Below are positions 18,303 through 26,181 of a stretch of 35,191 nt of DNA, piece after piece. The DNA is taken from IMG/VR virus record IMGVR_UViG_2713896779_000022. The stretch is one strand, 5' to 3'. Position 1 is the stretch's first letter. Each line of letters starts with the position of its first letter. Both the position numbers and the translations under genes were made by a program. Origin of the DNA: a virus (lineage: Duplodnaviria; Heunggongvirae; Uroviricota; Caudoviricetes). The notes under the pieces are model-generated. The model made no database searches. It was given only the letters and a program-made list of their open reading frames with translations, and had not been told where the DNA came from.

Positions 18303-19355
18303 TTAGCTGTCGGCGAACTTCAGGCCAGTGACCATCGCGCACTTGCCATAGTCTTCAACGACATAAGCGTCATTGATGGACTGGTAGGTGGCGATGCGGT
18401 TGTATTCCGGCTCGTCTTTCATCAGGCGACGCATTGAACCTTTCTGCCAGTAAATCGACAGGTTGTTGAACGAGGTGATCAGCATCGTTGCATCCGGGAA
18501 GAACGGCGCAAGGAACACGCCCAGCCCGCCAATGGTGCGCGATGACAGGATGAGCTGCCCGGCGAGTAATTCCGCATTGGGATTCTGGCCGCTGATGCTG
18601 TTCAGCACGGGCAGACGCAGCGAGTTAAACAGGTTGCGCCCCATAATCACCACGAGGTCGTCAGCTTCCTTGTGCCATTCATCCAGCAGGGATGAACGCG
18701 CGTCCTGTACCAGTGCATCAGCGTTCGCATACTTACCCGCGTGCGCCACGGTGTTGTCCATGTTGCGGGAGGTCAGCGTCACGTCATTCATAACGCGTTC
18801 GCTGGCGTCGGTTCTGATGTGCTCCAGCCAGCCCACGTTAACGTCCTGAAGCAGCTTGTTGGTGCTGAAGTTGGACTCATCCGCGTGAGACGTGCCGTTG
18901 AAACCGATCATGATGCGGTCAAGCGCCACCTGTCGGGCAATCTGTGCGCTGATGCGGGACTGAAAATCAGGGTGTGCCGACCAGGCATCAAGCTGCGGAT
19001 ACGAAATAAACGTGTCGTAGTTCACCTGTTCGCACTGGTATTTGCGGTTTTTCAGATCAACCACGTTATTCGGGTTACGGCGTTTTGTGCCGTCATAACT
19101 GGTATTCGTGCGCGCAATCGGCCCGGTGGTATCCAGGAGGATTTTTTCGCCTTTCTGGTCGGTCACGCCGATCACGTTAATTCTTTTTGTAAATTCGGTG
19201 CTTTCCTTTGAGGCGTTTTCAAAACGCTGCTGTACCGAGGGTTCCACGGTAAATCGCGATACCAGTGCGGAAACCGGGATATTGTTAAGCGACGCCTGCT
19301 GCGCCATATAGCAACCCAGCTTGTTGCGGGTAATATCTGACATCACCAGATTCAT
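18303..19355 (-). CDS. N: major capsid protein N
   Basis: 350 aa; resemblance to P2 gpN (KFTVEPSV, ML.DV.VGWL, IGFNG); RBS AAGGAG upstream of ATG at 19355. Confidence 0.9.
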   Translation of the reverse strand: MNLVMSDITRNKLGCYMAQQASLNNIPVSALVSRFTVEPSVQQRFENASKESTEFTKRINVIGVTDQKGEKILLDTTGPIARTNTSYDGTKRRNPNNVVDLKNRKYQCEQVNYDTFISYPQLDAWSAHPDFQSRISAQIARQVALDRIMIGFNGTSHADESNFSTNKLLQDVNVGWLEHIRTDASERVMNDVTLTSRNMDNTVAHAGKYANADALVQDARSSLLDEWHKEADDLVVIMGRNLFNSLRLPVLNSISGQNPNAELLAGQLILSSRTIGGLGVFLAPFFPDATMLITSFNNLSIYWQKGSMRRLMKDEPEYNRIATYQSINDAYVVEDYGKCAMVTGLKFADS

Positions 19356-19378
19356 AAAAAATTTGCTCCTTTGTCTTA

Positions 19379-20215
19379 TCAGAAGTCAGCCAGCTGGTCG
19401 GAGGCTGCGCCCGTTGCGGTGAACCGATTCTGCGGATCGCCGTCCTGCGTGCGCAGTTTTTCCTTCAGTGCTGCCAGCTCTGTGGTCAGTAAAGTGATTT
19501 TCTGGCTGTCCTGCTGATGGCGGGTTTCCAGCACATTAAAACGGTCGATAATGTCGGCCTGTGACGTTGCAACGCCTTCCACCGCTTCCTGAATACGGGA
19601 GAAACTGGCGTCATCCGCTTTGCGGCCACGACCAATAATCCCCATTACGCGGTTAAACCACTGGGTGCCTTCTTCCTGGCGTTGTTCTGCCATTTCGATG
19701 ATTTCAGACTCGATGGCTTCGGAGATAAGCGGTGCTTCACCCTGGATACTGTTGAACGTCATCACCGCCTGACGCTGCTGTGCCGTGAATTTCAGGCGCT
19801 CAGTGCCCAGGCTTGCCGGGGTGTCGGTCATCGCCAGCCCGACCAGATAGGCACGCCCGTTAACGGAGAACTGCGGGTGCAGTTCGATACTGGAATAGAT
19901 TTTCTTGCCGTCAGCGACAAGCTGCTTCATGCGCTCGGTCGGTTCGATTTCTGCATACAGCGCAGTACGTCCGGCCAGCGGGCCTTCCGTAATATCTTCC
20001 GTACTTAGCGCGGTGACATCGCCCATTGCGGAAAATTCGCTTGACGGGCATGGCGAGAGATAGTGCTCAACGTTCACGCGGGCAGCGTAAACATCCGGGT
20101 TGAAGTTCTCGGCGGCTTCACGCAGATGTACCGGGCTGATTTCGCGGCCATCAACAGTTGATCCGGAGACAGCCACGCGAAACTTTTTGCGGGATGTCTT
20201 TTTTTCATTAGCCAT
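19379..20215 (-). CDS. O: capsid scaffolding protein O
   Basis: Start at MANEKKTSRKKFRVA (RBS AGAGGGG); resemblance to P2 gpO (FR.GV.G.T.DGR.IS, YLVGLA.TD.PASLGTE). Confidence 0.85.
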   Translation of the reverse strand: MANEKKTSRKKFRVAVSGSTVDGREISPVHLREAAENFNPDVYAARVNVEHYLSPCPSSEFSAMGDVTALSTEDITEGPLAGRTALYAEIEPTERMKQLVADGKKIYSSIELHPQFSVNGRAYLVGLAMTDTPASLGTERLKFTAQQRQAVMTFNSIQGEAPLISEAIESEIIEMAEQRQEEGTQWFNRVMGIIGRGRKADDASFSRIQEAVEGVATSQADIIDRFNVLETRHQQDSQKITLLTTELAALKEKLRTQDGDPQNRFTATGAASDQLADF

Positions 20216-20369
20216 AGTTTTTGCCCCTCTGACTGGTTCTTCAGTCATGATGGCAAAGCGTAACAGGCTGATACAAAGGGCTTTTGTTGTAAGAAAACGG
20301 CCAGAACAGGGGGTTAAGGAGAACAGTTTCGCGCGCGGGTAATCTTCCTGTAATTACTCAGGGGGAGCA
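20216..20369. promoter_or_regulatory. divergent late promoter region between O (minus) and P (plus)
   Basis: Only non-coding gap between the two divergent late operons; no exact TGT-N12-ACA Ogr-site was found by eye. Confidence 0.4.
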
Positions 20370-22121
20370 ATGATTCAGGACGCTTTTGTGCGCCAGCGTG
20401 CGCGGCAACTTTACTGGCAGGGTTATCCGCCCGCAGAAATATCACGTCTGATGGGAATAAACCCGAACACGATTTATGCGTGGAAAAAACGCGACCAGTG
20501 GGATGAAACGCCACCCGTGCAGCGTGTCACGCAGTCCATCGATGCGCGCCTCATCCAGCTTACTGAAAAACAGAATAAAACAGGCGGTGACTTTAAGGAA
20601 ATAGACCTGCTGACCCGGCAGCTTAAAAAACTGCATGATGGCCAGCCGGATGCGACGGTCACAGGAAAGAAAGGCCGGGCGAAAAAACTCAAAAATCATT
20701 TCACGCCGGAACAGATTGCCGCACTGCGGGAAAAAATCATCAGCAGGCTGGAGTGGCATCAGCGGGGCTGGTTTGATTCCCTGACCCTTTGCAGGGAAGC
20801 CGGGATACGTAACAGGATGATCCTGAAATCCCGACAGATTGGGGCGACCTGGTATTTTGCACAGGAAGCTCTGCTGATGGCGCTGCGTGACGATGTGGCG
20901 CAACCTTACCAGCGTAACCAGATTTTTTTGTCTGCGTCGCGTCGTCAGGCGTTCCAGTTTAAAAGCATTATTCAGAAGGCCGCGGCTGAAGTTGATGTGG
21001 AGCTGAAAGGGGGCGATAAAATCATCCTCTCCAACGGCGCAGAGCTGCATTTTCTCGGCACTTCTGCTGCGTCGGCACAGTCCTATACGGGCAATTTTTA
21101 TTTTGATGAATTTTTCTGGGTCAGTCGCTTTGCTGAACTGCGCAAGGTAGCTGGCGCTATGGCAACCCTCAGCGGACTGCGGCGCACCTACTTCTCCACG
21201 CCATCCACCGAAACGCACGAGGCATACGCCTACTGGAACGGCGACCGCTGGAACGAGAAAAAGGCCTCGCATAAACGCCAGCGTTTTTCTGTGGACTGGA
21301 AAACGCTGCATAACGGGCTTATCTGCCCTGACCGGACGTGGCGACAAATTGTCACGCTGGAAGATGTGGTTAATCACGGCTGGAAACACACCGATATTGA
21401 CGAAATCCGTGATGAAAACACCGAAGGCGAGTTCCTCAATCTCTATATGTGTGAGTTTGTTCGCGAAGGGGAATCGGCATTTAACCTGAATATCCTGATT
21501 GGCTGCGGTGTTGACGGATACGACGACTGGAAAGACTGGAAACCTTTTGCTCCCCGACCGATGGGGAATCGTCCGGTATGGATTGGGTATGACGCAAACG
21601 GCAGCAGTGGCAACGGCGACAGCGGCGCTGTGTCCGTGGTGGTTCCTCCGGCTGTTCCTGGTGGCCGTTTTCGAACGGTGGAGACGCGACGCGTTCAGGG
21701 GCTGGAGTTTGAAGAACAGGCCAGAGTCATTGAAGAGTTCACGTATCGCTACAACGTGGAACACATCGGCATTGATGTGACGGGCGGGAACGGGGAGGCT
21801 GTTTATCAGATAGTGAAACGGTTTTTCCCTGCTGCTATTCCGTACACCTTCACGCTGTCATCAAAACGGTCGCTGGTACTGAAAATGCTGCAAATAATGC
21901 GTGCCGGGCGGTGGGAATACGATCGCGCCGAACGCGAGCTGGTCGCGGCCTTTAACGCCGTGCGTAAGGTGAAAACACCGGGCGGCTTTATCACTTACGA
22001 AACGGACCGCGCGAGGGGGATCAGCCACGGCGACCTTGCGTGGGCAACCATGCTTGCTGTCATTAACGAACCGATTGGCGGCGAAGGAGAAAACGAGCGT
22101 TTCACGGTTATGGAGTTCTGA
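20370..22121 (+). CDS. P: terminase large (ATPase) subunit P
   Basis: 583 aa, P2 gpP-like size, divergent from O. Confidence 0.95.
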   Translation: MIQDAFVRQRARQLYWQGYPPAEISRLMGINPNTIYAWKKRDQWDETPPVQRVTQSIDARLIQLTEKQNKTGGDFKEIDLLTRQLKKLHDGQPDATVTGKKGRAKKLKNHFTPEQIAALREKIISRLEWHQRGWFDSLTLCREAGIRNRMILKSRQIGATWYFAQEALLMALRDDVAQPYQRNQIFLSASRRQAFQFKSIIQKAAAEVDVELKGGDKIILSNGAELHFLGTSAASAQSYTGNFYFDEFFWVSRFAELRKVAGAMATLSGLRRTYFSTPSTETHEAYAYWNGDRWNEKKASHKRQRFSVDWKTLHNGLICPDRTWRQIVTLEDVVNHGWKHTDIDEIRDENTEGEFLNLYMCEFVREGESAFNLNILIGCGVDGYDDWKDWKPFAPRPMGNRPVWIGYDANGSSGNGDSGAVSVVVPPAVPGGRFRTVETRRVQGLEFEEQARVIEEFTYRYNVEHIGIDVTGGNGEAVYQIVKRFFPAAIPYTFTLSSKRSLVLKMLQIMRAGRWEYDRAERELVAAFNAVRKVKTPGGFITYETDRARGISHGDLAWATMLAVINEPIGGEGENERFTVMEF

Positions 22122-23167
22122 TGAGCAGAAAAAATAAAAAAGTGCGCATGAGTTCACGCATTGATCTCGCTGATGCGCTCAGGAAAGAATCATCGCTCAG
22201 TGCATTCACATTTGATGGTCCTTATCGCCTGACCGGGCATGACCTGCTGGACAATATGTACTGTGCTGATAACGGGCGGTGGTATGAAACCCCGGTGGAC
22301 TGGTACGGTCTGGCAAGAGCTGCCCGGCAAACGTCCTGGCATCAGTCTGCGCTTTACTTTAAGCGCAATGTATTACTCGGTTGCTACATCCCGCACCCGC
22401 TGCTTTCCCGGCAGGATTTCTCGGCGCTGGCGCTGGACTGGTTTGTGTTCGGTAACGCATTCCTTGAGCTTCGAAGCAATATGCTCGGCGAACCGCTTAA
22501 ATTACGGCACGCACTGGCGAAATACATGCGACGCGGAAGCGATCTTGAATCATGGTGGTATGTGCAGGATGGCAAGGACGCGTTTCAGTTTCGCCCTGGC
22601 AAAGTGTGCCACCTGATGAATCCGGACATTAACCAGGAAATTTACGGCATGCCGGAATATCTTGGCGCATTACTCTCGGCCAGCCTGTCTCATTCGGCGG
22701 ACATGTTCAGAAAACTGTATTACGACAATGGATCCCACGCCGGGTGCATCATCTACATCGGTGCAGCGCAGGTAAACCGCGAAAGCATGGACTCCCTGAA
22801 AGAAACGTTACAGGGTGCGCGTGGTGGTGGTGCGTTTAAAAACGTGCTCATCCATGCTCCCAACGGGGGCAAAGAGGGGGGGCAAATTTTGCCGTTCCAG
22901 CAGATCACCGCAAAGGATGAGTTCATGAATGTTAAGGCGGCATCCCGTGATGATGTGCTGGCTGCGCACCTCGTTCCGCCGCAACTGATGGGGGCGATGC
23001 CGGGCGAAAAAAGTGCGTTTGGTGATGTGGAGAAGGCCGCGCGGGTTTACGCAATTAACGAGCTGATGCCCGTCATGGAGGCCATGAAGCACATCAATGA
23101 CTGGCTTGGCGAAGAGGTGATCCGCTTTAACCCTTACGCACTGTTAGACACCCAGCCCACATCCTGA
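22121..23167 (+). CDS. Q: portal vertex protein Q
   Basis: 348 aa, start overlapping P stop (TGATG); P2 gpQ size and position next to the cos region. Confidence 0.9.
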   Translation: MSRKNKKVRMSSRIDLADALRKESSLSAFTFDGPYRLTGHDLLDNMYCADNGRWYETPVDWYGLARAARQTSWHQSALYFKRNVLLGCYIPHPLLSRQDFSALALDWFVFGNAFLELRSNMLGEPLKLRHALAKYMRRGSDLESWWYVQDGKDAFQFRPGKVCHLMNPDINQEIYGMPEYLGALLSASLSHSADMFRKLYYDNGSHAGCIIYIGAAQVNRESMDSLKETLQGARGGGAFKNVLIHAPNGGKEGGQILPFQQITAKDEFMNVKAASRDDVLAAHLVPPQLMGAMPGEKSAFGDVEKAARVYAINELMPVMEAMKHINDWLGEEVIRFNPYALLDTQPTS

Positions 23168-23194
23168 CGCGCTTCGCTTGTCTGCTGCTTCGCC

Positions 23195-23217
23195 GGGGCA
23201 TAAAAAATTTATGCCCC
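23195..23217 (+). other. strong hairpin downstream of Q (possible terminator or cos-associated structure)
   Basis: GGGGCATAAA-aaa-TTTATGCCCC, 10-bp stem and 3-nt loop; no U-tract follows. Confidence 0.4.
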
Positions 23218-23590
23218 GACTCTCCAGCTCCTGTATCAGTCAGATAATTTCACGACGCCTTCCAGTTTATCGCCACCATCGACAGTCAGACTCTTACGCA
23301 ATCCCACCGCGTTGACTGCATGTTCTCGCCGTCTCAGTGCGATTTTGACGGCCTTACCTTTCACCCCATAAATCAAAAGCCCTCACGTCTTTTTCACGCT
23401 CAGCGTGAGAAATACAGCCATTCTGTTGTATCTCTGCGACATCGTTCAGGGAATGCTATTTACCCCCTGAAACGCGGGCTGTTCCCCCGTCACCTGCGCG
23501 CAGAAAAAACGCGTTTTTTTGTGCACGCACGGATCCTTGACGGATCCAGCCGCCATGCGGGCCGGAAGGGTAAAAAGTCGTTCAAAAAAA

Positions 23591-23631
23591 TTGTGCAAAT
23601 TTGTGCACTATCGTGCAGTGTGCATCGTGCT
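23591..23631. repeat. array of GTGCA iterons with ~10-bp periodicity
   Basis: TTGTGCA at 23591 and 23601, then GTGCA at 23613 and 23620 and GTGCT at 23627; ~60 bp upstream of the membrane-protein ORF, inside the Q-to-cargo non-coding region. Confidence 0.45.
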
Positions 23632-23696
23632 GTTTTCTGCGCAAAAAACGGATGGTAAATTTGTTCGTAGCAGGGAAATTTTAATGAGCGCAAGAC

Positions 23697-24227
23697 ATGA
23701 AGAAAGATTCATATCCTTATTTGATTTGCATGACTGTTTCAGTGCTAGGGATTATTTTCCTCTTTTACTGGTGGAGGGCAGATATCTACAGGATTACATA
23801 TCTTAATTCGCGTATATCCAATTATTACATCTTGTGTAGTATGGGTATATCCTTTTTCTTCTCCTTGTTTCTGGTGAAGAGGGGGGTAGTGAAGCAAAGT
23901 GGCTGGAAAGGACTGTCGGAATACCTGAAGGTTTATGCTGGCTCTTGCATTCTTACAGGGATATTCCTGATTATCCCTCTTATGATGGTGACTTATTTTT
24001 TACCAGGAGTAACATCATCATATGTTGCACCGTATGAGTATACATCCGGTAGTTCAAGAAGCTGTTCCGGAGCGTTTGTTGATGATCCCGATCTGCATAA
24101 AAATATTCTTATTTGCTATCCGTATGGTAACTATGAATATGACAATATTATCTATGTTGAAAAGAAAACTAATGCATTGGGCGTTGTTGTGACGTATGCA
24201 CAGACTGCACGAGACGATGCTGAATAA
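23697..24227 (+). CDS. AT-rich cargo gene: polytopic membrane protein of unknown function
   Basis: 176 aa with three predicted TM helices and a Tyr/Ser-rich C-terminal domain; markedly lower GC than the phage backbone. Confidence 0.6.
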   Translation: MKKDSYPYLICMTVSVLGIIFLFYWWRADIYRITYLNSRISNYYILCSMGISFFFSLFLVKRGVVKQSGWKGLSEYLKVYAGSCILTGIFLIIPLMMVTYFLPGVTSSYVAPYEYTSGSSRSCSGAFVDDPDLHKNILICYPYGNYEYDNIIYVEKKTNALGVVVTYAQTARDDAE

Positions 24228-24318
24228 GATACTACAGAGATAGTCCACTTTTTTTGTTTATTTGTCGGGATAAAAACAAATTACCCCGACTCACCATGTA
24301 TTAATCTTCCGCTTTAAG

Positions 24319-24702
24319 TTAGTCTTGTAGCTGCGCTGTCCTGCTATGCAGCAAAGCGGCGTACTTTAATGCGTCCTGTGCTTTCTGTAATTTAAGTGCA
24401 TAGTCAGTGGCGATTTTTTCCAGTTCAGCGATTCGGTTGTCTTTGGTTTCCAGCCAATCAAGTAGCGCCAATACTTCAGGATCCCCGACATCCAACACTG
24501 TTACGCGTGATTTTTCATAATGTTCGTCGGCAAGAGTTCGGCCAATTTTGAAATCTCCATCATCACCATAACCGGAGCAGGCATAAACAACCTGTGCTCC
24601 AGATATTCGCTGAATTGACATTTCCTCGCCGCAAATAGGGCATTTCGGTACTGGCACAGGTGAATAACGTTCACGTAATGCCTGATAGTTGATTTCGCTC
24701 AT
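24319..24702 (-). CDS. hypothetical protein with N-terminal Cys cluster (zinc-ribbon-like) and C-terminal coiled coil
   Basis: 127 aa; CPICGEE...YACSG then heptad-rich helix (IAELEKIATDYALKLQKAQDALKYAALL); downstream of parR on the same strand. Confidence 0.55.
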   Translation of the reverse strand: MSEINYQALRERYSPVPVPKCPICGEEMSIQRISGAQVVYACSGYGDDGDFKIGRTLADEHYEKSRVTVLDVGDPEVLALLDWLETKDNRIAELEKIATDYALKLQKAQDALKYAALLHSRTAQLQD

Positions 24703-24765
24703 TAAGTCGTTCTCTTTGTTTATGTTCTGAGGTGGAGAGCAGGGCGAACTCGCCCTGATGTTGTG

Positions 24766-25077
24766 TTATTCAGGAAATAACGCCCGGATATTTCCGGCCA
24801 TCTGACTGGTTATCTGTGCGGTTGATACTGGCTGTGATGCGGGGCGTTCTGTCCTGGTTTGTGTCAGGGATAACGCTTCATCGTCAGCCCATGCAGCCAG
24901 TCGGTAAGCCTCTGCCGGATTAATTTTCATAAGTGCCAGTCCGGCCAGAAAAGCCACGCGTTGACCACTTTTGCGGGCTTCTGGTGTAAGGCTGTCCAGC
25001 CAGGCGCATGCTTCGCCTTCGTTCTTGACGGCGGCGGGCTTCAGATAGAAACTTATCCGTCTGGTTGGTGTCGTCAT
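24766..25077 (-). CDS. parR: ParR/StbB-like centromere-binding adaptor
   Basis: Start at MTTPTRRISFYLKP with RBS AAGGAG 7 nt upstream, 4 nt after parM stop; resembles R1 ParR N-terminus (RRTIAFKL...LTAGLALY vs RRISFYL...FLAGLALM). Confidence 0.7.
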   Translation of the reverse strand: MTTPTRRISFYLKPAAVKNEGEACAWLDSLTPEARKSGQRVAFLAGLALMKINPAEAYRLAAWADDEALSLTQTRTERPASQPVSTAQITSQMAGNIRALFPE

Positions 25078-25081
25078 TGGT

Positions 25082-26041
25082 TTACTCCTTGTCCATTGCG
25101 TACAGCCCATTAACCAGAGCAAACTGTGGCACCCCGTCCGCGATGAAAGTCGCATTAACTCCGCAGGCTTCGCGGATAGCGGGTGCCACAATCTCCGCCC
25201 CGCCACCGACAACCATCACCCGCCCGTAACCCGAAAAGCCCGCCAGCGCGCGGATCACGCGTTGTTTCAGTGTTTCTTCCTTTTCACGAATAACCGCCAT
25301 CAGGCTGGCGTAATGCGCGTCATTGTGGATGTGCTGGCGCAACCAGGCTTCATCATGGCGATGTTCGATAATGGTATTGGCGATGTGGTGACTGGTACGC
25401 ATACCGTTAGTGGCCATCACCGACAGTACGGCATCGGCCATCAGGGAAACGCCTACGTGTGGATCGCAAAACACCTGGCTGATACCTGCCAGTTGCCCCT
25501 GAACCTTTGCCACATCCAGTGTGGTTCCGCCTAAATCCACAATCAGCAGGGATTCAAACGGACTCATGTCAGCCAGTGCTTTAAAGCCAGCCGGAATGGA
25601 TTCAGGCATAACCCGTACGTTACGGATAGTGAATGCTTCGCCGTTCTGGTACTCCACCGGGCGCATAACGTTCGATTTTTTGCGGCTGATGTTGGCCATA
25701 TCCGGCTGTGCGTTTGTGTCGAAATACTCGCTCAGTGGCAGGGTGACAACCACATCCACCTCCTGTGGCGTGATGCCTGATTTGACCAGTGCGTGATGAA
25801 TGGCAATGACATTCACATCGCTGTACTGGTATTGCGTGTCGGTCGTCTGGACAAAGCGATCGCTGACCGGATCAAAACCATAGCGCACGCCATCAAGCAT
25901 GTAGTTCGCGGGCTGCGTGCCACCGAACGGCGCAGACCATTCCGACTTGAAGCTGTTCGGGCTGATGGCGTTGCGGCGTTCGCCGTTCTCAGCCCATGCC
26001 AGCTTGATGTTGGTGGAGCCGTCGTCGATACAAATTTTCAT
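25082..26041 (-). CDS. parM: ParM/StbA actin-like plasmid segregation ATPase
   Basis: 319 aa; collinear resemblance to R1 ParM along the whole length (IDDGSTNIKL.W, ISPNSFK.EW, YSDVNV.A.HHAL, IRNV.VMPESIPAG, DLGGTTLD, GGGAE, LVNG.Y). Confidence 0.9.
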   Translation of the reverse strand: MKICIDDGSTNIKLAWAENGERRNAISPNSFKSEWSAPFGGTQPANYMLDGVRYGFDPVSDRFVQTTDTQYQYSDVNVIAIHHALVKSGITPQEVDVVVTLPLSEYFDTNAQPDMANISRKKSNVMRPVEYQNGEAFTIRNVRVMPESIPAGFKALADMSPFESLLIVDLGGTTLDVAKVQGQLAGISQVFCDPHVGVSLMADAVLSVMATNGMRTSHHIANTIIEHRHDEAWLRQHIHNDAHYASLMAVIREKEETLKQRVIRALAGFSGYGRVMVVGGGAEIVAPAIREACGVNATFIADGVPQFALVNGLYAMDKE

Positions 26042-26072
26042 GTCGCTTTTCCTTATGTTGATTAATTAATCG

Positions 26073-26181
26073 TTTACAGGATTTTTAAATCCCGCTTTTG
26101 CCTGTTTTGTGCGCGCCTCATATATCGCGGCACGTTTTTTGCTCATTTACGGGATTTGTGAATCCCGTTTCTGTCTGTTTT
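26073..26181. repeat. parC-like centromere/operator: two ~36-bp direct repeats each with a GGATTT(n2-4)AAATCC palindrome, flanking the parM promoter
   Basis: TTTACAGGATTTTTAAATCCCGCTTTTGCCTGTTTT (26073-26108) and TTTACGGGATTTGTGAATCCCGTTTCTGTCTGTTTT (26146-26181); the second copy overlaps the last 12 codons of gene A. Confidence 0.6.

Noticed and set aside
20442-21764. 440-aa minus-strand ORF antisense to the terminase large subunit gene P
   Set aside because: Shadow ORF on the opposite strand of a confidently identified gene; low-complexity, Arg/Pro-rich translation with no recognisable domain.
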